Shown: positions 10,406-21,004, numbered from the stretch's first letter. The stretch is DNA of 64,000 bases from Candidatus Cloacimonadales bacterium (GCA_963662585.1 OY759729.1:1568001-1632000); one strand, 5' to 3'. The notes: a model not told the origin generated them from the letters alone. A program made the numbers and translations.

Positions 10406-11272
10406 CTATTTAACTTTTTTAAAGAGAAATAATTCTGTGAAAAGATTGGTAGTGAAAGTGATGATAAACAACATAATTGCTAAAGCAAAGAGAGAGTGGA
10501 AATGAATGGAACCAATAACAGTCTCTGCCATCTCAACAGCTATCGATGTGGTAAGAGGTCTAACTGGATCAAAGATAGAGCTAGGAATCTGAGCAGCTCC
10601 ACCTGCGACCATAATAACAACCATAGTCTCACCTATTGCCCGACCAAAACCAAGCACAAAACTACCGATAATACCTGTCTTAGCTGCAGGGATTACGATT
10701 CTAGTGATAGTTTCCCATTTAGTTGCACCAAGACCATAAGAAGCTTCTCTTAGAGCTCTAGGGACATTGGATAAGGCATCTTCTGACATACTAGAGATAA
10801 TAGGAATAATCATAATTCCCAGTACAATACTAGCTGTAAAAATATTTAAGCCTGAATCAATGCCTAAATTTCTGATCAAGAATGGAGCAAGAAAGGCCAT
10901 ACCAAACAGTCCATAAACCACAGAAGGAATACCAGCAAGTAACTCTATCATCGGCTTAACTATTTCTTTTGTCCTACTTCCTGCAACCTCTGAGAGATAA
11001 ACAGCAGAACCCAAGCCAATAGGAACTGCAATTATCAAAGCACCCAATGTTACAGCTAGAGAACCCATTAACAGGGCTAATGCTCCAAAACTTTGGTGTT
11101 CATTAGTGGGATACCAAGCAGAAGAGAAGAGAAATTCTTTTAACGAAACTTCTTGGAAAACAGGTAAGCCCTCCATAAAAAGGGTTAAAATAATTCCAAA
11201 TAAAGCTAGAATAGAGAATATCGCTGCGAAATAGGTTATACTTTTAAAAAGAATCTCTTTAAAACTTTTCAT
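10406..11272 (-). CDS. pstC: Phosphate ABC transporter permease PstC
   Basis: ELLAGIPSVVYG, EASYGLGATKWET, RAIGETM; start moved to ATG 11272 behind an AGGA RBS. Confidence 0.95.
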   Translation of the reverse strand: MKSFKEILFKSITYFAAIFSILALFGIILTLFMEGLPVFQEVSLKEFLFSSAWYPTNEHQSFGALALLMGSLAVTLGALIIAVPIGLGSAVYLSEVAGSRTKEIVKPMIELLAGIPSVVYGLFGMAFLAPFLIRNLGIDSGLNIFTASIVLGIMIIPIISSMSEDALSNVPRALREASYGLGATKWETITRIVIPAAKTGIIGSFVLGFGRAIGETMVVIMVAGGAAQIPSSIFDPVRPLTTSIAVEMAETVIGSIHFHSLFALAIMLFIITFTTNLFTELFLFKKVK

Positions 11273-11363
11273 ATATTTCCTTTTTAGGTTAGTAGTATCC
11301 AAAAATCATCATTTCCTAGTTAGCTAGGCAACTTTATTAATACCCTAACATAAATTTTAAAGC

Positions 11364-11396
11364 GAAACCCGAGTGAAGATCATAAACCCGGGTTTC
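11364..11396 (-). terminator. Intercistronic stem-loop between pstS and pstC (mRNA stabiliser or partial terminator)
   Basis: GAAACCCG (11364-11371) / CGGGTTTC (11389-11396) inverted repeat, followed by a short T-run on the minus strand. Confidence 0.6.
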
Positions 11397-11425
11397 ATTG
11401 TTACTTCTATTTTATCATTTGTGGA

Positions 11426-12274
11426 TTAGTTGACTTTGATAAATCCTTGTTTTTCAACAATATTCTGTCCTTCAGGAGAAAGAATGAAATCTATAAATGA
11501 CTTTGTAATACCCTTAGGAGCACCATTAGTGTACATGTTCAACTTACGAGCAACAGGATAAGCTCCTGATAAGATATTTTTAAAAGTTGGATCAACACCA
11601 TTTACTTGGATAGGATGCACTGCTGAAGAAAGATAACCTAAACCAGCATAAGCAATTGCACCAGGAGTGTCTTTTACAGAAGTAACAGCTGCATTATTAG
11701 AAGCAACCATAATACAGTTCTGAACTATATTCTGTTTCTTCATTGCGATTTCATAAAAAACTTCATAAGTTCCTGATGATGTATCTCTAGAAATAATAAC
11801 GATATTCATATCAGGTCCACCTAGTTCTTTCCAATTAGTTACTTTACCTGTATAGATCGCTTGAATCTGCTCAAGAGTTAAGTTCGTGATTGTGTTTTGT
11901 GGATTTACTATTACTGCGATTCCATCATTAGCAACGATATTTTGATATAATTCAATACCACTCTCTTTTGCTTTATTGATTTCTTTCTCTTTTGCATCAC
12001 GAGAAGCATTTCCGATCTCTACTGTTCCTGCCATGATATCTTTGATACCAATAGATGAACCGCCACCTCTTACAGAAATATTAACATTTGGATTTTGATT
12101 CATAAACTCTTCAGCACAAGCTTGAGCAATCGGCAAAACAGTTGTTGAACCTGACATTGTTAATTTACCTGTTAGACCTGAATCCTTCTTTATATCTGTT
12201 TTGCTATTACAGCCTACAAACATAGTTATCGTTGCCACTGCTACCAAGGAAATAATTACTTTTGATAATTTCAT
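11426..12274 (-). CDS. pstS: Phosphate-binding lipoprotein PstS
   Basis: Lipobox FVGC, SGSTTVLP, GGGSSIG, NASR, SRDTSSGT. Confidence 0.95.
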   Translation of the reverse strand: MKLSKVIISLVAVATITMFVGCNSKTDIKKDSGLTGKLTMSGSTTVLPIAQACAEEFMNQNPNVNISVRGGGSSIGIKDIMAGTVEIGNASRDAKEKEINKAKESGIELYQNIVANDGIAVIVNPQNTITNLTLEQIQAIYTGKVTNWKELGGPDMNIVIISRDTSSGTYEVFYEIAMKKQNIVQNCIMVASNNAAVTSVKDTPGAIAYAGLGYLSSAVHPIQVNGVDPTFKNILSGAYPVARKLNMYTNGAPKGITKSFIDFILSPEGQNIVEKQGFIKVN

Positions 12275-12300
12275 TTATACTCCTAATTTATCTGTAGATA

Positions 12301-13350
12301 CTAGTTAAAAAGATTAGAGAAGCTCCAGCGTAATTGAAGCATGAGTTGAGAGATATCTTCATCCTCTTCATCTTCATGAGAAGTGATTTGGTAGTTTGCT
12401 TGAACTTGAACATTCTTTTGAAGATAGTAGTTAGCACCAAAAAGCATAAGATTCTTTCCATCATCATCAGTGTCAGTATCAGGGTCATACATGTCGTAAC
12501 GACCTACTAGTTCCATGTTGACTCCTGTAACATCTTTTAAATCATACATTCCAAGCACTGATATAACTTGAGAAGATACTGCATCAGAATCATCTACATT
12601 ATCAAGTTCTACATTTTTTCCTAAGAATTGCCCTAAAAGAGTAAGTCCCTTCATGTTGATTTTCCCCATTCCAGCAAAAGAAGTAATTGCTTGATGATCA
12701 GGATTTTCTTCACCCATATCATCATTAGGATTATTCTTACTATTCATAGAAAATGAAGCACCAAGTTCTAGCATATCTACAGGTTTGATTCTAACATTTG
12801 CTAAGTAAGCATATTCTGTATTAACATTTCCACCATTCTTCTTATAACCTTCGCCATTATAAATACCAAGGTTATAGCTCATTTTAGCAGCTGGAACTTG
12901 GCCTGAGAAAACAATACCATAGTCTGTACTAGAAGCAAATTTCCATAAATCTGAAGGATCTTTTTCAATTGTTTCATATTTCCAACTATAGATTGTAGCA
13001 AAATAGTTCTTAGTTAAACCAACAGATAAAGTTGTTTTAGGAAGAGGAATAATGTTTTTGAAATCTAAGTAAGCATATTTCATTTTGAGTCCAGCACCAT
13101 TAGTATCATCATCTGAAGAGAAGAAATCTAAAGTAAATCTACCACTGATATTGTCTGATAACTTTGGTTTTATTGAGAAATATCCTCTTTCAAGAGAGAA
13201 AGAAGTTGTTGGGTCAGCTTCACTTCCATCATCAGTTAAGCTCATACGATTCCATAGTTCCATTTCAAACTTAGTTTCTGTTGCACTAAGAATGTAAGGT
13301 ACAGTTACGATTAACAACAATAAAATGAAAAACTTTCTGGATAAATTCAT
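12301..13350 (-). CDS. Outer-membrane beta-barrel porin, probably phosphate-selective
   Basis: Signal peptide, amphipathic beta strands (FSLERGYF, KYAYLDF, LVGRYD, FGANYY, C-terminal LQLRWSF); first gene of the pst operon; start set at ATG 13350 behind GGAG. Confidence 0.75.
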   Translation of the reverse strand: MNLSRKFFILLLLIVTVPYILSATETKFEMELWNRMSLTDDGSEADPTTSFSLERGYFSIKPKLSDNISGRFTLDFFSSDDDTNGAGLKMKYAYLDFKNIIPLPKTTLSVGLTKNYFATIYSWKYETIEKDPSDLWKFASSTDYGIVFSGQVPAAKMSYNLGIYNGEGYKKNGGNVNTEYAYLANVRIKPVDMLELGASFSMNSKNNPNDDMGEENPDHQAITSFAGMGKINMKGLTLLGQFLGKNVELDNVDDSDAVSSQVISVLGMYDLKDVTGVNMELVGRYDMYDPDTDTDDDGKNLMLFGANYYLQKNVQVQANYQITSHEDEEDEDISQLMLQLRWSFSNLFN

Positions 13351-13382
13351 GTTATACTCCATATTTTTTTTAGTTTCACTTG

Positions 13383-13436
13383 TTTATACGATTCTTCTGT
13401 TAAAGGAATATAAGGAGATTGTTAAGAATTGGTTAA
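13383..13436 (-). promoter_or_regulatory. Pho box (four 11-bp-periodic TTAACA-type repeats) plus -10 element
   Basis: Minus strand TTAACC, TTAACA, CTTATA, TTAACA at plus-strand starts 13431, 13420, 13409, 13398; TATAAA at 13383-13388. Confidence 0.8.
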
Positions 13437-13542
13437 TTTAGCAGAAATGAAGTAAAAAAATAGAGAAAATTGAAATTAGTAGAATAACTTAAAGGTAATT
13501 AGACTCCACTTAGGGAATAATTATAAGAAAGTTGAAATTAAC

Positions 13543-14286
13543 TTAAAGAAATTTATTCTTCACAAAATCATCAAAAGATTCTTTATATTTTTCACTTATG
13601 GGGATTAGTTTGTTGCCAAATATAATACGATATCGCTCAATAGCAATAATATTTTCTAAATTAACAATATAAGATCTATGCGTCCTCATAAACCTATCTG
13701 CCGGTAATTTCTCTTCTACAGCTTTTAGGGTAGCATGAAAGACAATTGGTGTTTTAGAATTCTTGACATATAATTTAATATAGTCCTTAAGTCCTTCAAA
13801 ATAGAGAATATTTTTATAATCAAAGCGTCTTAATTGAGAATCAGCCTTTATAAAGAAATATTCATTATTTGTATTAACTGCTGAATCTTTTGAGCGTTCT
13901 TCACTATTATTCAATAAATCAAAATATTGTTTTGCTCTATTAGCAGATTTTAGAAACACTTCATAACTAATAGGTTTAAGAAGATAATCAAGAGCTTCAA
14001 CTTTAAAGCCATCCAAGGCAAATTTTTCATAGGCGGTAGTAAAGATTACTTTATATTTATGGTCTAGAACTTTGGCAAAATTAATCCCAGTAAAATCAGG
14101 CATTTGAATATCCAGAAATAGTAATTGTACTGGATTATCCTCAATAAATTCCATGGCATCTATAGGATTATCAAATTGACCTAGAAGTTCAAGAAAAGGT
14201 GTTTTTTTAATATAGCCAGCAATTAATCCTAAAGCTAAAGGCTCATCATCTATAGCGATACACGATATTTTTGTTGTTTTAGTCAT
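13543..14286 (-). CDS. LytTR-family response regulator
   Basis: IDDEPLA, LDIQMP, FTTAY, DYLLKP, FMRTHRSYIVN. Confidence 0.95.
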   Translation of the reverse strand: MTKTTKISCIAIDDEPLALGLIAGYIKKTPFLELLGQFDNPIDAMEFIEDNPVQLLFLDIQMPDFTGINFAKVLDHKYKVIFTTAYEKFALDGFKVEALDYLLKPISYEVFLKSANRAKQYFDLLNNSEERSKDSAVNTNNEYFFIKADSQLRRFDYKNILYFEGLKDYIKLYVKNSKTPIVFHATLKAVEEKLPADRFMRTHRSYIVNLENIIAIERYRIIFGNKLIPISEKYKESFDDFVKNKFL

Positions 14287-15365
14287 TATATAACCTCGAT
14301 TGGGATAATAAGTTCAACAGTAAAGATATTTTCCCTATTTTTAAGTGTTAACTGAGCTTGTTCACCATAAAGAAGTTCTAATCTTTTGGTTATGTTCTTT
14401 ATTCCAACTCCACCAGGTTGTTTAGATTGAGTTTCATTAGTATCTGGAATACTGTTATTACAGTGGAAGACTACTTTCTCTTCACTGACTTGTAAGCTGA
14501 TATCGATAAATGATTTTTCTCTATAACTTACTCCATGTTTAAAAGCATTCTCGATAAAGGCAATAAAGAGAAGAGGAGCCACTTCCACATTAGGGACATC
14601 CTCAGTAATATCCACGCTAAGTTCTACTTTGGATGTTAAGCGTTGCCTCATCAAGTCAATATAGTGTCTTGAAAAATCAAACTCCTTTTTCAGTGGTACT
14701 TTTTTACTTTCAGATTCATAAATTAGGTAACGCATTAAGCCGGATAGAGTTTCTATAGACTTCTGTGCCTGAGCCCCATCAATCTCAATCAAGGCATAGA
14801 TATTGTTTAAAGAGTTAAAAAAGAAATGAGGATTTATCTGATTTTTTAGGAAAGCTAATTCATTTTCAACATTAGCTTTTTCCAAGTTTTGTTGTTTTTG
14901 GGCATCCTTGCGTAATTTCTGTACAATGCTCATCCCGGTACTAAAGCCAAATATAAGAATCAGAAAGAAAGTATCATCAAGAATTCTGGGATGTAGCCCT
15001 AAAAAATTAGTTCTTTTATTTTCATCTTGGGAAAGCTCAGTTTCATTTCTAGCCCTAACAGGAGGTTTAAAAATTTCTATCTTCTTAGATGCAAATTGAG
15101 ATATGGTTAGTAAGCCAAGAGTAAAGATAAATAGAGTTAGAAAGAACCTAATTCGCTTTTTTGAAAAGAAGAACTTTGGAACGATAAAGAAATAATTTCC
15201 ATAAAAGGCAATAATAAAAAAGAACAATTGATAGTAGAATCTATAAGTCCAAAGTTTAATCTTTATATCAGTTGCATCGAATATAAACATTGGTATCATG
15301 GCTATAAAAAACAATCCTATGGCGTGAGGAATAAGCGACAAAATTCTTTCTCTATTTAGTTTCAT
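14286..15365 (-). CDS. LytS/YehU-type sensor histidine kinase
   Basis: N-terminal TMs, LKNQINPHFFFNSLNNIY, FIENAFKHG, GGVGIKN. Confidence 0.95.
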   Translation of the reverse strand: MKLNRERILSLIPHAIGLFFIAMIPMFIFDATDIKIKLWTYRFYYQLFFFIIAFYGNYFFIVPKFFFSKKRIRFFLTLFIFTLGLLTISQFASKKIEIFKPPVRARNETELSQDENKRTNFLGLHPRILDDTFFLILIFGFSTGMSIVQKLRKDAQKQQNLEKANVENELAFLKNQINPHFFFNSLNNIYALIEIDGAQAQKSIETLSGLMRYLIYESESKKVPLKKEFDFSRHYIDLMRQRLTSKVELSVDITEDVPNVEVAPLLFIAFIENAFKHGVSYREKSFIDISLQVSEEKVVFHCNNSIPDTNETQSKQPGGVGIKNITKRLELLYGEQAQLTLKNRENIFTVELIIPIEVI

Positions 15366-15437
15366 AATTACCTCTATTACAGTTCAAACTAATTATATTA
15401 TTCAAAAACTACAATTATATTTCTAAGTCAAGATAAA

Positions 15438-16655
15438 CTATTCATGTCTTAAAGCTTCAATAGGATTAAGTGCTGAAGCTTTCCGAGCAGGGTACCAGCC
15501 GAAGAATACACCAATAAAAGTACAGAACAAGAAGGAAAGGAGTATTGAGTTTGTTGTTACTAGCACAGGCCATCCTAAGACATGTTCGACAATAACAGAT
15601 GCTAATATTCCAACTAATATTCCTATGATACCACCAAGAACACTTAGCAATAAAGCTTCAAACAAGAATTGTTTCAAGACATCTCTGCTTTTGCCACCAA
15701 GAGCCATTCTTAGACCAATTTCTCGTGTTCTTTCTGTAACCGACATATACATAACATTCATAATGCCGATACCACCAACAACTAAGGATATTGCAGCAAT
15801 AGAACCTAAGAGAACCAACATCATTTCCGAAACAGAAGAAAAGTTACTAATTAATTCCTCTTGGGTTTTGATTTCAAAATCATCTTCTTCTGAATCTTTT
15901 AATTTATGTGAAAGTCGTAATAGCTTGGTTACTTCTGCAGTTGTTATATCTATAGAATCTTCTGATTTAGCTGATAATACTACTGCTCTTAGATAGGTTT
16001 GTCTATAGATCCTTTTCATTACAGTTGTATAAGGAGCAAGCATCATATCATCTTGATCTTGACCAAATGTATTATCTCCCTTTTCAGTGAGAGTACCAAT
16101 TACAGTAAAAGGTATTTTCTCGAATCTAATAACTTTTCCAATAGGGTCTTCATCACCAAAAATATTATCGATAATAGTTTGTCCGATTAAACAGACTTTT
16201 GCTGCAGTTTTTATCTCTTTGCTTGTAAAAACTCTACCTGAGGCTACTTCATACTTTTTTATGTGGAGATAATCTTCATTTCCACTGTAGATCCTAGTTG
16301 GCCAGTTGTTAGAGCCATAAACAACTTGCCCACTTCCATCTAGCTCAGGAGAAATAGCATCTATTAATTTACTGTTATTTTGTAAATAAGTAACATCTTT
16401 AACTTTAAGTGTTTGAGTAGCCGAGCTACTTCTCCTCACACCACTGGAATTAGGACTAACTGGCCTAACATTTATTAAGTTAGTTCCCATCGAAGAGATA
16501 GTTTCCCTAATACTATTATTTGAACCATAGCCAATAGCAAGCATGGCAATTACGGCAGCTACACCTATTACTATACCAAGAATTGTTAAGAATGATCGCA
16601 TTTTATTTCGTGTTATTGCAATAATTGCAATTTTAATTATGTTCATAAATTTCAT
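15438..16655 (-). CDS. MacB-like ABC transporter permease
   Basis: RSFLTILGIVIGV, GGIGIMNVM.SVTERTREIGLR, WYPARKAS.LNPIEALR. Confidence 0.95.
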   Translation of the reverse strand: MKFMNIIKIAIIAITRNKMRSFLTILGIVIGVAAVIAMLAIGYGSNNSIRETISSMGTNLINVRPVSPNSSGVRRSSSATQTLKVKDVTYLQNNSKLIDAISPELDGSGQVVYGSNNWPTRIYSGNEDYLHIKKYEVASGRVFTSKEIKTAAKVCLIGQTIIDNIFGDEDPIGKVIRFEKIPFTVIGTLTEKGDNTFGQDQDDMMLAPYTTVMKRIYRQTYLRAVVLSAKSEDSIDITTAEVTKLLRLSHKLKDSEEDDFEIKTQEELISNFSSVSEMMLVLLGSIAAISLVVGGIGIMNVMYMSVTERTREIGLRMALGGKSRDVLKQFLFEALLLSVLGGIIGILVGILASVIVEHVLGWPVLVTTNSILLSFLFCTFIGVFFGWYPARKASALNPIEALRHE

Positions 16656-16668
16656 TTTATAATCCTAT

Positions 16669-17421
16669 TTAGTGATTAGATTTATCTTCAGTTGTTTTAG
16701 CTAGAGAATCTACGATATTTTGGGAATTAGGGTTACTTCTATCTTCAACTATTCTTCCATCTTGAATAACTATAGAATGTTTAGTAAAGGCCGCTATATC
16801 TGGTTCATGAGTTACAAAACAAATGGTCATTCCCTTATTATTCAACTCTTGAAAAAGTGCCATAATTTCGTAAGAAGTGCGAGTGTCAAGATTACCAGTA
16901 GCTTCATCAGCAAAAATCACCACAGGATTACTTACCACTGAGCGAGCAATTGCCACCCTTTGTTGTTGACCTCCAGACATCTGACTAGATAAGTGCTTCA
17001 TTCTATCTTTTAATCCAACCGAGATAAGAGCTTCTTCCGCCCTCTCTCTTCTTTCTGCATTACTCACTAAGCGATTATAAAGTAGAGGTAATTCTACATT
17101 CTCTAGAGCTGTTGTCCGTGGAAGAAGATTATAAGACTGAAAGACAAAACCCAACTTTTGATTTCTTATATCTGCTAATTTATTCTTATTAAGGGTCTTG
17201 ACATTCACTCCATCAAGAATATAATCCCCTGAAGATGGTAAGTCTAGACAACCCAATATGTTTAGTAAAGTTGATTTACCAGAACCACTTGACCCCATAA
17301 TTGCTACGAAATCACCTTTAGGAACTGATAAGTTTATTCCGTCCAAAGCTCTTATTTTTTGGTCTCCGACAATATAGTTTTTGTGCATATCTATTATTTT
17401 TATGATTTCTTGATTATTCAT
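16669..17421 (-). CDS. MacB/LolD-like ABC transporter ATP-binding protein
   Basis: GSSGSGKST, MSGGQQQRVAIAR, ADEATGNLD, VTHE. Confidence 0.95.
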   Translation of the reverse strand: MNNQEIIKIIDMHKNYIVGDQKIRALDGINLSVPKGDFVAIMGSSGSGKSTLLNILGCLDLPSSGDYILDGVNVKTLNKNKLADIRNQKLGFVFQSYNLLPRTTALENVELPLLYNRLVSNAERRERAEEALISVGLKDRMKHLSSQMSGGQQQRVAIARSVVSNPVVIFADEATGNLDTRTSYEIMALFQELNNKGMTICFVTHEPDIAAFTKHSIVIQDGRIVEDRSNPNSQNIVDSLAKTTEDKSNH

Positions 17422-18334
17422 CTTCTTCCCTTTTTAGGGTTCTTGAAGATTTAATATAATCTACTTTCTTTTGAGTTCTCTCATAAAGATATTGTAGGGT
17501 ACATTCTTCAATTGTGATATCCTTTATAGCCTTCAATAAATCTTCTCGATAAACCTTTTCTGTTGAAAAGACAGGCTTTTCAGAAAGAGCGTACAAAGTC
17601 ACATTATATAGTTTTGGTCCAGGTCCTTTAGACTTCATAGGATCATAACCGTTTGTATCTTTATCATTATAACCCTGAACACCAATATTCTGAACATTTT
17701 TAGGAAGTGAAGTTATATTAACGGGAATATCATAAACAACCCAGTATGATTTTACTTCTGATTTATCACTAGGGTTAGGAAGATGCCATAGATTTAAAGC
17801 AAAATACTTAGTTCCTTTTGGAATATTTGTCCATTCTAATGGCATTGAGATACCTTGCCCATCACCAGTGAATTCTGAGTCTAAAAAGTTATCTTCATTA
17901 ACAGCAGAACTACTCATCCGAAATACATTTATCTTCGGTTTAGCTATCTCAATTGGAGTTGCTTTTTGCCTAGTATTCTGTCCTTTCCCTTGGATATTTT
18001 CCTTATTCCCCATATTTTCCTTATTTCTCTCAGGTGGAGGAGCTAATTCTCTAAGTTTTTTAGTATCAAAACCTGCGTCTTCAATTACTTTATCAACTTG
18101 AGGACCTAAATTTATTCCTTCTTCACGAATTTCCTTAAAAATTGCTTTAGCATCGTCAGCTGTAAGGCTTTTTTTGTCATATTTTACTAAGATAGCTTTT
18201 ACAACTTTTACTTGATAAGCAGTTAATTTTTCATCTGTTCTTTCTGGACGATTTCTTCTATTTGGTTGAGCTGTAAGTAACTGAGGGGTAAGGGTAATAC
18301 CTAGTACTATGAGTAACATTATTATCTTTTTCAT
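17414..18334 (-). CDS. Exported YbhB/YbcL (PEBP/Raf-kinase-inhibitor-like) protein with an extra N-terminal helical domain
   Basis: Signal peptide; DGQGISMPLEWTNIPKGTKYFAL, YWVVYDIP, YDPMKSKGPGPKLY..TLYALS. Confidence 0.8.
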   Translation of the reverse strand: MKKIIMLLIVLGITLTPQLLTAQPNRRNRPERTDEKLTAYQVKVVKAILVKYDKKSLTADDAKAIFKEIREEGINLGPQVDKVIEDAGFDTKKLRELAPPPERNKENMGNKENIQGKGQNTRQKATPIEIAKPKINVFRMSSSAVNEDNFLDSEFTGDGQGISMPLEWTNIPKGTKYFALNLWHLPNPSDKSEVKSYWVVYDIPVNITSLPKNVQNIGVQGYNDKDTNGYDPMKSKGPGPKLYNVTLYALSEKPVFSTEKVYREDLLKAIKDITIEECTLQYLYERTQKKVDYIKSSRTLKREEDE

Positions 18335-18365
18335 TTTAATTCTCCTTTAATTTTATTAGTTGTTT

Positions 18366-19658
18366 TTAATGTCTTGGTCCGCCACCGCCACCAGGTCCAC
18401 CTTGTCTCTCTTGCACAAATGGACTTTTCTGACCGTCGGAACTTTTACTTGATTTAGAAATTTTAGAACTATTTGTATATTCAAAAGAAGTAAGAACTTC
18501 GCTGTCTTCATCTAAGCCAGAGATAACTTCAAGATTTGATCCATCATCTACTCCCACTTCAATTACGACAGGATAGATATTTTCACCATCTTTTACCCAG
18601 ACCGTAGCTTGAGACTCATCTACTTCTTGCGGGGCTTGTGGACGCTGTTCACCATTGTTTATATTAGTTTTCTTAAGAGAATCTTCTTGCTTTTCTTTCA
18701 TTAAAGAATCCCTATAATTTCTTAATAATTCTTGTTCAGGAAGAAAACTAGTTGCCTGAGATGATACAACTAATACAGAAGAAGCCTCTTCAACGAAAGT
18801 TACGATACTAGCTGTCAATCCAGGTTTAAGTTTCAAGTTAGGATTAGCAACTTCAATAATTACTGGGTAAGTTATAACATTGGAATTTTCTGAAGGTTGA
18901 AGTCTAACTTCTGAGATTGCACCTTCGAATGTCTCTTCTGGAAAAGCATCAACAGTAAACTCAACTCTTTGTCCTTGTTTTACTTGTCCAATATCTGCTT
19001 CATCAATATTAGCTTCTACTTGCATAGTGGTAAGGTCATTAATAATTGTAAATAATTCAGGTGTACTCATACTAGAGACAACAGTCTGTCCTTCTTCAAC
19101 TGCACAATTTTGCACAATACCATTGATTGGTGAATAAATCATAGCATAACCTAAATTCTTTTCAGCTCTTTTTAAATTTGCTTTAGCCGATTTAAGGGAA
19201 GCTTCACTCCTCTTATAGTTATACACTGTTAAATCATAATCACTCTTAGAAAGTAGATCTTTAGAATATAATTCCTGCATTCTTTCATAATTAGCTTTTT
19301 GATAATCGAATTCTGCTTGCGCATTTGACATTTCAGCTTCAGAATTTTCTAAACTGAATTCCAAGGTAGATTTATCTAACTCAGCAAGCAAGTCTCCTTT
19401 TTCTACTATAGAGTTAAAATCAACATAAATTTTTTCTATAACTCCTGAAACCTGAGTTCCAACTACTACTGTATTTGTGGCTCTCAAGGTACCAGTTGCA
19501 GTTATAGTGTTGCTAACATCACCTTTGCTTACTTTAACAGTTTCAAAAACAAATTCGCCATTGTTGTTCTCAACCATAAAATATACTACGCAACTGCTTG
19601 CAATAAGTGCAAATAGAATTACAATAATAGCTGTTCTTATCTTCTTTGATTTTTTCAT
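18366..19658 (-). CDS. MacA-like efflux periplasmic adaptor subunit
   Basis: ATGTL, VGTQVSGVI, VDFNSIV.KG, IYSPING, EANIDEADIG, FTVDAFP. Confidence 0.95.
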   Translation of the reverse strand: MKKSKKIRTAIIVILFALIASSCVVYFMVENNNGEFVFETVKVSKGDVSNTITATGTLRATNTVVVGTQVSGVIEKIYVDFNSIVEKGDLLAELDKSTLEFSLENSEAEMSNAQAEFDYQKANYERMQELYSKDLLSKSDYDLTVYNYKRSEASLKSAKANLKRAEKNLGYAMIYSPINGIVQNCAVEEGQTVVSSMSTPELFTIINDLTTMQVEANIDEADIGQVKQGQRVEFTVDAFPEETFEGAISEVRLQPSENSNVITYPVIIEVANPNLKLKPGLTASIVTFVEEASSVLVVSSQATSFLPEQELLRNYRDSLMKEKQEDSLKKTNINNGEQRPQAPQEVDESQATVWVKDGENIYPVVIEVGVDDGSNLEVISGLDEDSEVLTSFEYTNSSKISKSSKSSDGQKSPFVQERQGGPGGGGGPRH

Positions 19659-19669
19659 AGATCTATCCT

Positions 19670-21004
19670 TTAAAATGTTATTGGTTTTCCGCAGAAATAA
19701 TTAATAGTTTTGTTCTGCAATAATATATTATATTTACTTTGAGTTAAGTTACTTTGAGCAGTGCTAAATCTGTTTTTTGCAGCCTGATAATCTACAGAAC
19801 TAATCATTCCTTGACTAAAGGATTCTTCAGCCAAACGGTATGATTCTAACTCTGCATTATACTGTTCTTGTGCAGCATCATAAGACATTGTGGCAATTTC
19901 TGAATCAGTACAAGCCTGCTCAATACTTTGACGGAGATTATTCTTAATTTCTATTAAACTTAACTGAGATTCTTTTGCCTGAATTGTTGCCTGAGTAACT
20001 TGGTTCTTAGCTCTTTTATTCTGAAAAATAGGAAGAGAAAGAGATAAACTAACAGATGGGCTTACTTTGTTTGTGATTTGTTCACTAAAATCTACCCCTG
20101 ATAAAGCATCAGAATAATTAGTTTCTAATCCTCCACGCAAGGAAACAGTTGGTAAGAAATCAGCTCTTGCTATCTTTATACCCAACTCAGCACTCTCAAG
20201 ATTTAGGTCAGCTGTTTTAATTTCCGGACGACTCTCTAGTGCTACTCTATAAATTTTCTCAGCATCTATATCTTGCTCTTCATCTATAAGTTCTTCTAGA
20301 TTTGGTTCAACTATGTTTAGAGAATCCTCGACTGGCATATTCATTGTCTGCATTAAAGAAACTAGATTAATCCTCAAGGAACTTTTAGCCGAGATAAGTG
20401 CTGCTTTATCAGTGGCATATTCGGATTTTATATTATAATAATCTGAAATTGAAATCAATCCAGCTAGCTTTTTTGCCTCGGCTAATTCTAATTGATCTTT
20501 TGTTGAGCTTAACAGAGTCTCTCTGTTTATAAGCTGCTCTTTAGCTAATAACAGATTGATATAAGCTGTCATAACTTTGAGGCTTAACAGCTCTTTTTGA
20601 GTTTGTACTTCATATTCTGAAGCTGCTAAATTACCACTATTCTGACTAATTGAATTGATAAGTTTAGCCCCATTGTACAAAGTTACACTAGAACTCAAAG
20701 AGATGCTAGTACTTGAATTATTATTTCGTTCCCATGAATTATCATTACTTATGAAGTTTTTTGATGAACTAAAGTTCTGATTTAATCCTAAAGATAGGTC
20801 TGGCAATAGAGCAGCTTTTGATTGTTCAAGAGTGGATTGTCTGCTCTCAATAGAATAATTGGCCCGTGAAATATCTGTACTATTTTCCCAAGCATAATCA
20901 ATGCATTCTTCCAGAGAATATTCTTTTGTCTGAGCTTCTAATGCCGGAAATAAGATTAGCAATACCAGCAAACTGAGTAAACTTCCCTTTAGATAATTTT
21001 TCAT
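19670..21004 (-). CDS. TolC-family outer membrane efflux protein
   Basis: Signal peptide, SLEECIDYAWEN, two OEP-like repeats (LLPDLSL, FLPTVSL..LSLPIF); first gene of the efflux operon. Confidence 0.92.
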   Translation of the reverse strand: MKNYLKGSLLSLLVLLILFPALEAQTKEYSLEECIDYAWENSTDISRANYSIESRQSTLEQSKAALLPDLSLGLNQNFSSSKNFISNDNSWERNNNSSTSISLSSSVTLYNGAKLINSISQNSGNLAASEYEVQTQKELLSLKVMTAYINLLLAKEQLINRETLLSSTKDQLELAEAKKLAGLISISDYYNIKSEYATDKAALISAKSSLRINLVSLMQTMNMPVEDSLNIVEPNLEELIDEEQDIDAEKIYRVALESRPEIKTADLNLESAELGIKIARADFLPTVSLRGGLETNYSDALSGVDFSEQITNKVSPSVSLSLSLPIFQNKRAKNQVTQATIQAKESQLSLIEIKNNLRQSIEQACTDSEIATMSYDAAQEQYNAELESYRLAEESFSQGMISSVDYQAAKNRFSTAQSNLTQSKYNILLQNKTINYFCGKPITF

